From Prorocentrum cordatum (Eukaryota), in contig CAUYUJ010000011.1 of NCBI GenBank assembly GCA_963575745.1, positions 62,001 to 119,609 on the forward strand: a stretch of DNA of 57,609 bases, read 5' to 3'. This document shows positions 24,606 through 35,423 of the stretch, piece after piece. The notes under the pieces are model-generated. The model was not told where the DNA came from. It searched no databases and saw only the letters and a list, made by a program, of their open reading frames with translations. Position 1 is the first letter of the stretch; every line of letters starts with the position of its first letter. Both the position numbers and the translations under genes were made by a program.

Positions 24606-24910
24606 CTGTAGAGGCCTCCTCGATGGGGTCGGAGTAGATGGGGTCGGAGGATCGCGCCGCATCGCCGATACATCGGCGATGCATCGGCGGTGTATCGGCG
24701 ATACACCAGCGATGCATCGTCGACGTCGGCGATGCCTCGGCGACGTCGACGAGAAGCAAATCGGGCTCTGCGTCGAGCTGCACCGTCGGTGCATCGGCGA
24801 CTGCGGCGCGATCCTCCGACACCATCTAATCCGACCCTATCTGGGAGGCCTAGAGCCTAGAGAGGAGGATGAGAAGGGGAAGAGGAGGAGGAGGTTGAGC
24901 AAGTACCGAC

Positions 24911-25113
24911 CGTCCCGGCCTTCCTATAGGCCTATACCACGACATGTTCTAAGAACCCAAAGCTTCCGAATCACAACAACTATGTTCTTATAAAATAAAC
25001 CCGCTGTGATAAAACAAGACCGTCCCAGTCAGAGATGATCTAAGAACATATCGTGCAGACCACAAAAGGTTCTTAAAACCATTACTTGGTGGGCTTATAG
25101 GCGAGCCAGGACG
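24911..25113. mobile_element. ~200-bp MITE in intron 4
   Basis: Left end cgtcccggccttcctataggcctatacc versus reverse complement of the right end cgtcctggctcgcctataagcccacc. Confidence 0.6.
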
Positions 25114-25376
25114 CTTCGCCACTGCTTGAGGAGGAGGAGGAGGAGGAGGAGGAGGAGGAGGAGGAGGGAGGAGGAGGGAGGAGGAGGAGAGGAGAGAGAG
25201 AGGAGAAAAAGGAGGAAAAAGGAGGAAGGAGGAAGGAGGAGGGAAGGAGGAAGGAGGAGGGAGGAAGGAGAGGAGGAGGAAGGAGGGAAGGAGGAGGAGG
25301 AGGAGGAGGAGGAGGAGGAGGAGGCGGGGGAGGAGGAAGACGAGGAGGATGAGGAGGCACTTGCCCTCCGATGCGC

Positions 25377-25535
25377 CTGGCAGGCCGCCCGGCACCGCTC
25401 CTCCGAGGAGGTCCAGGCCACCCCGGCGTCCTCGCCCTCCTCGGCGGCCAGGCCCGGGAGCTCGCCCCAGCACTCCCCCGCGGCCGGCGGGCCCGCCGCG
25501 CCGCCGGCGGCCCCGCCCGCGGACGTCGGGCGCCG
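25377..25535 (-). CDS. Exon 4 of the PAN/EEP gene
   Basis: Reads ...AAGECWGELPGLAAEEGEDAGVAWTSSEERCRAACQ, a paralogue of VCWRELSGLAADEGDQVG...CRAVC in exon 5. The donor cag|gcgcat restores the C-x3-C-x5-C spacing. The only AG that avoids an in-frame stop is at 25536-25537. Confidence 0.85.
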
Positions 25536-25538
25536 CTA

Positions 25539-26286
25539 TAGGAGTGCCCCCTGGCCCAAGGGGTGCCCCCCAGGATTCTCGGGTTGGCCCAAACGGCCTC
25601 CAGAGCCTCCCTCACCTGGAGGTCAAATTCTGATGTTTCACTGGTCCGAAATCTGGCTTACTCCGGCTTGGTCCCGCTTAATCCCGCTTAATCTGGCTTA
25701 ATCCCGCTTAATCCCGCTTAATATGGCTTAACCCCGCTTAATCCAAGGTGCCCCCAGCTCTCTTCGCTCCACTTTGGGAGGCCCTGCACTGGCCATCGCT
25801 CGGACGTCCGTTCCCTGTGCTTTTTTTATCGGGTTCGTGCGTGGTTTTTTCGCCAAGTGATCAAGGATGCTCCTCGATGGTCCTCGCCGAAGGAAACATG
25901 CACACGTCCGAGCGATGCCAAGCCCTGGCCCAATGGTGCCCCCAGCTCTCTTCGCTCCACTTTGGGAGGCCCTGCAGTGGGGCTCCCTGGTCCTCGTGAG
26001 GTTAGGAGGCAACTGCTGGGAGGCTTTCGTCGGAAAGATTCAAGGAGGATTAGGCCCCATTTGGGAGCTACTACGCTGGACTGGGCCTCGGATTAAGCGG
26101 GATTAAGCCAGATTAAGCGGGATTAAGCGGGACTAAGCGGGACTAAGCCGGATTAAGCCGGACTTCGGACCAGTGAAAAATCCGAATCTGACCTCCCAGG
26201 AGTTGCATCCCAGGTGAGGGATGCTCTGCAGGCCGCTTGGGCCAACCCGAGAATCCTGGGGGCACCTGGGGCCAGGGGCACTTCTA
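25539..26286. mobile_element. TIR element (MITE) occupying almost all of intron 3; Introner-like
   Basis: About 200-bp inverted arms (ggagtgccccctggccc...cttaatcccg versus cgggattaag...gggccaggggcacttc), with TA on both sides and 10-bp subterminal tandem repeats. Confidence 0.8.
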
Positions 26287-26389
26287 GCGACCCCCGAGCG
26301 GAGGAGCACGTGCAGAGCATGTCCGACGTCCCCGCGATCTCCGCGTCGCACCGGGCCTCGTACAGCACGCCGCAGCTCTCGGCGGCCTC
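26285..26389 (-). CDS. Exon 3 of the PAN/EEP gene
   Basis: Acceptor ag|GAG. Reads EAAESCGVLYEARCDAEIAGTSDMLCTCSSARGSL and completes the Cys-rich module begun in exon 2. The donor is uncertain (cta|gaagtg or gaa|gtgccc). Confidence 0.8.
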
Positions 26390-26436
26390 CTCTCTGAGGA
26401 GGAAGCCCAGAGACATGATCGCGTCGTTCGAAAACA

Positions 26437-27611
26437 TCAGGGCGACGGCCAAGTTTTTCGCCATTTTTGGCCCCCTCGCTGGGCCCCGGGAGCGTCAAAA
26501 AACGATTCAAGATGAAAGACCGGTCCCGGGCAAAGGGTCGGGACTTCCGGCGACGCCCCACTGGAAAAATCAGGACGTCGCGCCTGGGAAAGGTACCCAT
26601 TCCCGCCGCCCTTCGCCTCGCTTCCCCCCCACTTTTGGAGGGCGGGGGATTCTGGGGTGGCGGTCTGGGGAGCCACATTTTTTCATTTTCGGCCTCTCGC
26701 TGTAGCGCCGCGCACATTCTCTCCAAAATCTGATTCTCGCCTTGGCGCCGCGCACGTTTTTTCTTGTTGGGTGGGGGGAAGTAAGTCCACTGGTGGGCCA
26801 GTCACCCCAGGAGGGGCCTCCCGGGAGGCCTTCGTCGCCACCGTGGGGTTCGTCCCGAAGTGCTGGTCAGAACGCCCCCCCCCTGGAAGGCACGGGCTTC
26901 GTGTCTATTCGACCGCGCGGTTCCCTGACACTCTGCGCGCGTGCCTGTTTTTGTTGTGTCGCGTATAATGTGAATTACAATGTTTCGTTGTTGTATTTGG
27001 TGTTTTTCAAAATAGACATACTTAGACACGTCTAAACAGGCTTATACATTGTTTTGGACATGATCAGACACGTTTAGACACTTAGTCTCGGAAAATTAGA
27101 CACGAGTGCGTTTTAGACGCGGGTAGACGTCACGTTTAGACATGTTGAGACACGTCTAGACGCGTTCGAATTAGACACGGATAGACACGGAAGACGTAAC
27201 AACGCGTTTAGACACGAATCAGACACCCATCGAACCATGCAGATACTGACAACATGATAAACAGACATGCGCGCATGGACGTCGGGCAGTGATTTGCCCT
27301 GCGGGGGATCCCTCGCAAAGCAAATCACTGCAACTCTCTGGCAGCGTGAGATGCGGCAACTAATGTGGCTGTGAGGAAGTCCCAGGTGAAGTGAATATCT
27401 CCTGACAGCATCTGCACGGTGCACAACCATGGTTGTCAGGAAATCTCAAGCGAAATCGTTGCTCTCCGACGGATGGAGATGGGGCCAGGTAATTTCTGTG
27501 AGGAAATCCGAAGCGCAATCGAGACTATCCCGCTGCAAAGATAATTTGTCCAGATCCTCCTCCTGCTCCTGCCCCTGTTGCTGCTGCTGCAATTGTTGCT
27601 GCTGCTGCTGT

Positions 27612-27658
<47 letters not shown>

Positions 27659-28400
27659 ACTCCTCCTCCTCCTCCTCCTCCTCCTCCTCCTCCTCCTCCT
27701 CCTCCTCCTCCCTCCTGCTTCCCTTCCTTTCCTCCCCCTCCTTCTCCAACTCCTGCTCCTCCTTCTCCTCCTACTCCTCCGACCCTCTTATCATCTTTCT
27801 CTGGCCGATCAACAACGCAGAAATGTGCGATATCAGGCACAGTCAGAGCTAAATGTTCATGCCGAGCTGCTTCTGGCACATCAATGCGCGTTTCCGATGC
27901 ATGGCGTGTCGTGTGTTTTAGACATGTTTATACACGACATAGACATGTGACTTTTGACATGCTTGAACATGTTTAGACACGGCGGGATAGACATGGCCAA
28001 CAAGTATAGACACTGCTTGAAAAATAGACACGTCTAGACATTCGAACACGCCGTGCAAACGAGAGCGCCGCGCGTCTATTCATGCCTATAAGTGGTTGCT
28101 GTAGACGCTCGTGCACGGCGCTCGAGCGGGAGCGCAGCGCGTCTATCCGCGTCTAACGCAAAATAGACACGTCTTCCTGGGCCCGGGAGAGGCCCGGGGA
28201 GCAGCGGTATCGGTACCTTTAAGTCGGGCCTGTCCCTCTATAGGGGGAATATTCAAAACTAGTGAAAAGAATAGTCCGGGGACAATTTGAGTATGTTTGG
28301 GCAGCCTGTGAACATTTTTTGGATATCTATCCATTCTTCGTCCAAAACCCCCCTGCAGGGGGACAGGCCCGACCTGACGGTACCCGTTGGCTTCCCCCTC
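26437..28400 (+). mobile_element. Dispersed repeat filling intron 2, interrupted by nested insertions (tagacac-rich element at ~26880-28180; MITE at 28216-28380)
   Basis: 26437-26880, 28180-28215 and 28381-28397 align with the reverse complement of 29325-29653. Confidence 0.7.
28216..28380. mobile_element. 165-bp MITE with a TA target-site duplication
   Basis: TIRs cctttaagtcgggcctgtccctctataggggg and ccccctgcagggggacaggcccgacctgacgg, with TA on both sides. The empty site is visible in the paralogous repeat at 29339-29344. Confidence 0.85.
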
Positions 28401-28586
28401 CTCGGCAGCTGCCGCGCACACGTGCTGGAAGCTCTCGCAGTACCTGTCGCAGCGGCCGCCGTACGGCGCCGTGCGCACCAGCGCCGTGCAGCCGCCGCAG
28501 GTGACGCCGCCGTCGACGTCGGGCCACTGCCCGGGCGGCAGGCAGGAGGGCTGCGGCTGCGCGAGCCCGAGGGAGGGCCGGCCCGC
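28401..28586 (-). CDS. Exon 2 of the PAN/EEP gene (Cys-rich extracellular module)
   Basis: Acceptor gcgcag|GCG. Reads AGRPSLGLAQPQPSCLPPGQWPDVDGGVTCGGCTALVRTAPYGGRCDRYCESFQHVCAAAAE. Donor gag|ga. 186 nt, phase 0. Confidence 0.82.
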
Positions 28587-29324
28587 CTGCGCCGGCCACG
28601 AGCTGGCCCCCATCCCCCGAGGATTGCCAGCCCCGGAGGCGACGACGACCGAGCAGTGCCCCAGACATCGGGCGTCTCGAAGAAATCGAGGCGGAGGCGT
28701 TTCCTCGTTTTCGTCCCCTCGGGGCCCTCGCCGGGCCTCGGGACCGTCAAAAAACGGCTCGGGGTGAAAAACCGGTCCCGGGGAGGGCCCGTGTCCTGAA
28801 CAAATCGAGACGTCGGATGTCTGGGTCCTTCGGGTGAAGGGCTCAGGGTGAAATCCATGTGGGCTTTTGCACCTCGAAGATCCATGCGTCTTGTGATTCA
28901 CTTTCTGCAGATTGAAGCCCCGAAAATCACTCGAAACGGCATTTCAGATTTCACCCTTTGCCCTCCACCCAAAGAAAATGCTCGGGACAATCTGAGGGCC
29001 GCGCCCTCAGAAGCGGAGGGAATCCTCAAGACAGGCACCGGGGCGAGGTAGCGAGAGGGACTTGCTTCAGGCTGGCAATGGGACGCGCAGGGACGCATTA
29101 GTACTATGTGTCTTCGCTGGAGGCGTGCGTCGGACCCGAACATATCATCTTGTAGCATGCCGTTTCCTGGGCGGTGTGGCCAGAAAGCGCCCGCCACGAC
29201 GCATATACTGTAGGACTTCTCGGTGCGAGCGTCGCCCCTGGGGGGGGGCGACGCGCATATAGTATTAGTATGTTGGGGTGACGCCGAGGTAACGCCTCGA
29301 TGAGCGCTAGGTTATGCCAATCAT

Positions 29325-29653
29325 TGGGGAAACCAACAGGTACCGATACCGCTACTCCCCGGACCTCTCCCGGGGTGCGTTCTGACCAGCATTTCGAGGC
29401 GAATCCAGCGGTGGCGGCGAGGGCATCCGAGGAGGCCCACAAAGGGGAGAAAAGCGAGGCGAGGGGGTAGAGGGTAGAGGTATGGGTACCCTCTCCCAGA
29501 CGCGACGTCCTGACTTCTTCAGCGCGGCGTCGCCGGACGTCCCGACCCTTTCCCCGGGGCCGGCTTTTCATCCTGACTCGTTTCTTGACGCCCCCGGCGC
29601 CCAGCGAGGGCCCCTGGGGGCCAAAAACCGCGAGAAGCTGGCCGTCGCCCTGA
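29325..29653 (-). repeat. Second (uninterrupted, inverted) copy of the intron-2 repeat, in intron 1
   Basis: Its reverse complement matches 26437 onward (tcagggcgacggcc...caggacgtcgcg.ctggga.agggtacccat). A partial third copy lies at ~28710-28795. Confidence 0.75.
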
Positions 29654-29718
29654 GCTTTGGGCGACGCGGTCGTGCCTGGGCTTCACAGGGAGCGGGACGT
29701 GCTTCGGGCTGGCAGCGC

Positions 29719-29856
29719 CTGGATGAGCGACAGCTGCGGCGCCGGAGCGGGCCGCCAGCGCCGGGGCGCCTCGCACCCCCCGGGGGCGCGAGGGGCCTGC
29801 CGCTCCGCGCGCGCGGCCACGGCCAGGAGGGCCACCCCGGCGAGGCGTGCGCTCAT
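29719..29856 (-). CDS. Exon 1 of the PAN/EEP gene (signal peptide)
   Basis: ATG at 29856. Reads MSARLAGVALLAVAARAERQAPRAPGGCEAPRRWRPAPAPQLSLIQ. Donor cag|gcgctg. 138 nt, phase 0. Too short for the ORF track. Confidence 0.75.
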
Positions 29857-30131
29857 GCTGCGAGGGGGCCTCTCGGCGGTGCGGCGGTCGCGCGGGGCCC
29901 GCGGGCTTCCGGCGGAGCCGTGCGGAGACTTACGCGCAGCCCAGGCGGCGTCTGGGAGCGGAGAGGCTCGTGGGCGGGGGGGGGGCGAGCTTCCGAGAGA
30001 TGGGGGGGGTCGCGAGTCGCCACTTGCACTCGGGGGTCGCCACTGGCACTCGGGGGGTTGGGGGCTTCCGAGAGATGGGCCGGGGAGGGAGCCGCAGAGA
30101 GAGGGTCGGGCGGAGCGCAGAGAGCTCCAGG

Positions 30132-30134
30132 GTG

Positions 30135-30173
<39 letters not shown>

Positions 30174-30280
30174 GTGCGTGTGTGCGTGTGTGCGTGTGTG
30201 CGTGTGTGCGTGTGCGTGTGTGCGCGTGTGTGTGTGTGTGTTTTATGTGTATGCGTAGGGTGTGTGTGTGTGTGTGTGTG
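30132..30280. repeat. (GT)n/(GTGC)n microsatellite upstream of the gene
   Basis: Direct reading. Confidence 0.95.
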
Positions 30281-32029
30281 CCTGCGCCGCCAAGACTGGC
30301 ATCGAGGACATCTGGAATCCTGGAGACTCCCGGGTTACGGGCCCCTCTCAGTCCTTGAGCGATCCATATCCGCGGCTCCCCTTTCTCCTTGGGAGACGGT
30401 CCCGAAGCGGTGCACGTGGATATGCTTACAGCATCCTTACTGACCCGCTTTTGCTAAACAATTCTTACTGGAGCATCATGACTGATAACGCTTACCTAGA
30501 AACCCTCACGAAAAAAACACAGACTAAAATAATTCGTACACAAGGGTGATTACTAATGGTTCACTGCTGAAGAACACTCGCTAATTAATCATTGCTGAAG
30601 AGTCCTTCCTGAATCGTCCAAGAGAATCCTCAAACAACCCTCACTTCAAGCATCATTAAGAAAGAACTGTGTAAAGACGCCCGACTGGAGAGCCTTCATT
30701 ACAAATCACCACTACATAATAATGGCTGCATAATCTTCACGGAGGCCTTACTCAAGAGGCCATAGCCAAGAATCCGCACGAATGGCTCCCCACAACAAAT
30801 CCTCATGAACGAATTCCGACTGAAAAATGTAGGCTGGAAACTCATTATTGGTGATTCCGTAATACAAGCTCCTGGTCTTTCCCAAAGAGCCCGAAACTAC
30901 ATTTCCCTTCCTACAGAATCCTTACCCGTCGGTCGGAAGAAGTGGGTAGAAACATGAGATAGGAAGGCGTTGGAAGTAGATTGGGCTTCCGCCCGCCCCC
31001 TGAAGAGGAGGGAAGAGGGACAACATTCGACTCTTGAAGCAGGACGCCGCCTAAACCAAATTGGGATCTGGGCATCCAAGCATGCCTACTTTCAACGACC
31101 GGCGTGCACTGAAGAAGACATACTCTATAATCCGAACGACAGGAACAATGTTGGACCACGACTGACGGATACTTACCCACGAACCCTTACGAAACAACCC
31201 TTAACTGAGAACCGCACCGTTACCCAAACATCATTATAATGACACCCTTGAAAATAAAACAATCCGCACCAACGAATACATAATGAGGACTGTTTCCGTC
31301 TGAGGAACCTCGGCGGAACGAGTCCTTACACAAAAAACCTGAGTAGCGATTCCGTACTAAACCACTACGACACACTTGCAACAAAATACGCATAACGAAT
31401 CAACCATCCCTAAGGAGTCGTGAGTGACAAAGCTTCCCGATTGAACCATTCGAAACACCCCTATAAACGCTCTTCTAATTACTGTCCGCTCTCCGTATGG
31501 CCAATCCGTTTTTCAACATGTCCATATGACCAACAAGATGCACAGGAATGAGGAGCAATGCGAGCAAACCAACGCAGACCAAAGCAACGCAAATCAAGGC
31601 AAGGCAGTGCAACGCAATTCAAAGGAATGATAGACGATGCAAAACCATACAAAACATTGCAACGAAGTGCAAGCCAGCTCAAGGCCCTGCCCTCCCTCCC
31701 TGCCCTGCCCTGATCCCCTGGTTCCCTCTCTCCTGTTTCACTTTCGCAAGGTTTCTACCATGCAAGACCCACAGATCACGCAACACGGCCTCAACCACAA
31801 CGCACATTGATATATCGCACGCTCGCGGGCGCGAGCGAAGACGAGGGAATCCTGAGGAATCCTTGCGCATCCGTCTGCATCCTGAGGAATCTCCGAGATC
31901 CCAAAGAAAACCGTAGGATCCTCCTCAGGACCCGCACGGAGATCCTCTTCAAGTCGTGAGGGACCTTTAGAAATCCATGGGAATGCGGAACGGATCCCAA
32001 AACATAGCCCGGCGAAAGACCCAGCGTCG

Positions 32030-33655
32030 CAGGGACGAGCGAAATGAGCCCACAACTACATGTGAACTTGCTCTTTTCGACCTTCCGTGGAGCTCATCAG
32101 GGCTTGAAAAGCGTGGCGGGGGCGAGCGAAATGAACCCACGATTGCATGCAAGCTTTTTCACTTCGGCCTTCCGTGGAGCTCCTATGGGGCTCGGGAACC
32201 GTGGCAGGGGGGAGCGACATGAACCCACAACTGCATGCGAACTTGTTCGTGTCAATCTTCTGTGGAGCTCCTACGGGACTTGAAAAGCGTGGCAGGGGGA
32301 AGCTAACTGAGCTCACAACTGCACGCGGTCTTGTTCATTTCGGCCTTCTGTGGGGCTCCTATGGGTCTCGAAAAGCGTGGCAGTTGGGAGCGAAATGAGC
32401 CCTCAACTGCATGCGAACTGTTCATTTTGCGTTTCTGTGGAGCTCATCTGAGGCTTGAAAAGCGTGGCGAGCGAAATGAGCCCACGCCTGCATGCGAACA
32501 TGTTAATTTCGGCCTCCTGTGGGCCTCTTATGGGGCGCGGACCAGGGCGAGCGAAATGAGCCCACGACTGCATGCGAACATGTTCATGTCGGCCTTTTTT
32601 TTATGGGGCTTGAAAGGCGCAGCAGGGGTGATCGAAATGAATTTATGACGGCATGCGGACTTGTTCATGCTGGCCTTCTGTGGAGCTGCTATGGGGCTTG
32701 AGAAGCACTGCGTGGGGCGAGCGAAAAGAGGTCACAACAGAATGCGAACTTGTTCATTTCGGCCTCCTGTGGGGTTCCTATGGGGCTTGAAATCGTGGCA
32801 AGGGTGTGACGCGGGGCGCTGCTGATTCAAAACGAAGACCCAACACGACAGGGTGACTGGGAACCGAGTGGAAGACCAAACCACATTCAGCTGCAAATGC
32901 CGCAAGGCAAATCATCCGAACGATGGGAGCAAATCGTGAAAAAGGGGTATGCCGAAACAGCGAAGTGGCGGCGCGCGATTGGGGCCTTCGGTGGAGCTCC
33001 CAATGGGGCCATTATCTTCGCGAAAAGTGTACCGAACCGGGAAAAAAAACGCATGCGAACACTGCCGTTGGGGCCGAGGGTGGAGCTCCCTACGGGGCCG
33101 TGGGCCCTCGTAAGGGGTGTGCCGAAAGAAGTGGCGTGGGGGCCGCGCGCGAGCCCTGCCACCAGGCCGTCGGGTGGAGCTCCCGACAGGGCCACGGATC
33201 CTCTGGAGGGGCGTGCGCGGGAAGGAGTGGGGGCCATGCGAAACCTGCCACTGGGACCTCCGGTGAAGCTCCCTATGGGGCCACGATCCTCCTGATGGGC
33301 GTGCCGAAATGAGGGGGGGGGGGGGGGGAACTGCGCGCGAACGCGCGCGAACCCTGCCACTGGGGCCGAAGGTGGAGCTCCCTACGGGACCACGGATCCT
33401 CGCAAGGGTGTGCCGAAACGGGTGGAAACAGCGTGCCAACTCTGCCACTGGGACATTCGGTGGAGCTCCCTCTAGGGCCGCGATCCCTGCGAGAGGTGTC
33501 CCAAAATGGGGGGACAGCACGGGCATCCTGCCACCGGGGGTTCTGGTGAAGCGCCCTACGGGACCACGATCCTCGCAAAGGGTGTGCCGAAATGATGAGG
33601 GACCGCATGCGAATCCTGCCACTGGGGCCTTCGGTGAAGATCCCATATGCGGCCA
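32030..33655 (+). repeat. Two diverged satellite arrays related to the 464-802 family (gcatgcgaac...gtggagctc(c)ctatgggg)
   Basis: ~90-bp units at 32030-32800 end in the terminal motif at 32826-32863. More units follow at 32960-33655. Confidence 0.75.
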
Positions 33656-34150
33656 AGGGACGTGTGAGGGGTCAATGTTAACCTGGCCCTGTAGGATCCT
33701 GGAAGATCCGGCGTTCTGGCTGACCCCCGTTTGCATTGACCCCCGTCTCAAGGCTCCCGGTCCCGCTCCGCTCCGCGGAGTCCAGGCCCATCGGCAGCGT
33801 GTGGGCCACGGAGGAGGAGGAGGAGGAGGAGGAGGAGGAGGAGGAGGAGAGGAGGAGGAGGAGGAGGAGCTCTCGCTGCCTTCGGCCCTCGGGCACGCGT
33901 CTGCGCCAGCTGTCCGCGGCGGCACCAGGAGAGGAGATCGGGCCCGGGCGCGCGGTCGGGGCCGCGCCTCCAGGTGCCACAGGAGGAGATGCTGCAAAAT
34001 ACCCTGCCTGAGTAATGGTGATGCTCCTGGTCATCCTCCCCCTCCCCCTCCCCCTCCCCCTCCCCCCCCTTCTCCTCCTCCTCCTCCTCCTCTTCCTCCT
34101 CTTCCTCCTCCTCCTCCTCCTCCTCCTGGTCCTCCTCCTCCTCCTCCGCC

Positions 34151-34172
34151 TCCGTAGCCATTTTGGCTCAAG
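34151..34172 (+). other. Perfect genomic copy of the dinoflagellate spliced leader (DinoSL)
   Basis: TCCGTAGCCATTTTGGCTCAAG matches the DinoSL consensus DCCGTAGCCATTTTGGCTCAAG at 22/22. It is followed by ATG rather than a GT donor, so it is not an SL RNA gene. Confidence 0.97.
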
Positions 34173-34318
34173 ATGCTTGCACTTGGGGGCTCCGCGCCTC
34201 CGTGCCTGACTGGAAGCTGCTATTCCGCAGCAGCGCCAGGGCTGTTCAGCCCGACATCCGTTTTCACTTTTCCCGTCGGTGGCAGGCAGCCCGCCGCCAC
34301 CCGACAGCCCTCCTCTTC

Positions 34319-35389
34319 ATGGTGCCGCAGCCGCCGCAGCCCAGCGTGCTGCGCGGCCCGCGCCGCCCGATGTGGGCGTGCGGCCGCTGCGGGGCGAGCA
34401 GCAACTGGGCGTGCAGGATCAAGTGCACATGCGGCAACGACGCACCGGCGCGTATACGCAAGTCGGCGTGGGACAACCAGAAGATATGGGATGCCAAGTC
34501 GCCTGGGTCAGCAGGCGGCGGTGGCGCAGCAGGCCGTTCGAAGCAAGACCTCGAGCTATCCAAGCGCCTGGGGGAGATCGAGAAGCTACTGCGTGGTGGT
34601 CAACCCGACGCCAAAGAGAAGGAGAAGGCACCGTGGCAGAGAGTACCGAAAGCTGACCCCTCGGCCGCCACGGAACCGCAAGCTGATGACAAGGAAGAAG
34701 ATAAACGAGCCAAGCTTGCCGCTCAGCTCGCCTGCTTCGAGGCGTCGATCAAGACGCTCCCACAAGGCGAATCAGGTGATGAGCTACGGAAGACTATGCA
34801 GACCAAGATCGACGCGATCAAGCAAGAGCAGAAGCAGCTACGGCCCCCCGCCGTGGCGCATCGCCGTGCAACTCAGGACCTCTACAAGGCGCAGGCGTTT
34901 TGCGAGAGGCTCACGAAAGAGATCAGCGAGAAGGAGGACCAGCTGGCGCGCTTGCAGGAGAGCATCGCCGAGAAGCGCCTTCAGCTGGAGTCCAAGAAGA
35001 CCGAGGTTCTCGCGCTGCAGGCGGAGGTGCGCACCCACGCCGCTAGCGTGGGCGGCAAAGCCCCCCCAGCGGACTTCCTCGACGTGCGGGAGGAGGAGCT
35101 TGATGATGAAGAGCTCAAGAAGTTCCTCAGCACACCGTCATGGGCGAAGTTGCGTGAGCATTTGTCGGCCAAGATACCTGCGGCTCCTGATGTGCACATG
35201 GGCGATGCTGATAAGCATGATGACTCTCGTGTGCCCGCAGACCAAGCTGGATCTACTGAAGGTTCTGGGCTCAAGCGTGACTTCGACGAGGATGAGCAGC
35301 AGGCCCTCTACACCCTTGGAAAGGACGGAAGTTTCGAGGAGTTTGCTGCTAAGCTACGAGAGTTTGGAAAGAAGCCACGACTCGGGTAA
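34319..35389 (+). CDS. LINE ORF1 protein: N-terminal C4 zinc finger (RanBP2-like) plus coiled coil
   Basis: WACGRCGASSNWACRIKCTCG and a heptad-rich segment (LTKEISEKEDQLARLQESIAEKRLQLESKKTEVLALQ). The first in-frame ATG is at 34319. The frame is intact. Confidence 0.85.
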   Translation: MVPQPPQPSVLRGPRRPMWACGRCGASSNWACRIKCTCGNDAPARIRKSAWDNQKIWDAKSPGSAGGGGAAGRSKQDLELSKRLGEIEKLLRGGQPDAKEKEKAPWQRVPKADPSAATEPQADDKEEDKRAKLAAQLACFEASIKTLPQGESGDELRKTMQTKIDAIKQEQKQLRPPAVAHRRATQDLYKAQAFCERLTKEISEKEDQLARLQESIAEKRLQLESKKTEVLALQAEVRTHAASVGGKAPPADFLDVREEELDDEELKKFLSTPSWAKLREHLSAKIPAAPDVHMGDADKHDDSRVPADQAGSTEGSGLKRDFDEDEQQALYTLGKDGSFEEFAAKLREFGKKPRLG

Positions 35390-35423
35390 CATTCTAGTAT
35401 CAGGACTCAGGCTGCAGCAAGGA

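Noticed and set aside
23337..24611. 424-aa plus-strand ORF
   Set aside because: It is the antisense shadow of the GC3-rich EEP exon.
24606..24794. N-terminal part of the 470-aa ORF as a real start
   Set aside because: It translates an intronic catcggcgat repeat. The acceptor at 24606-24607 and continuity of the PAN module with exon 4 explain it better.
34151..34230. SL RNA gene
   Set aside because: The 22-mer is followed by ATG and retroelement sequence, with no GT donor or SL intron, and there is no tandem array or 5S linkage.
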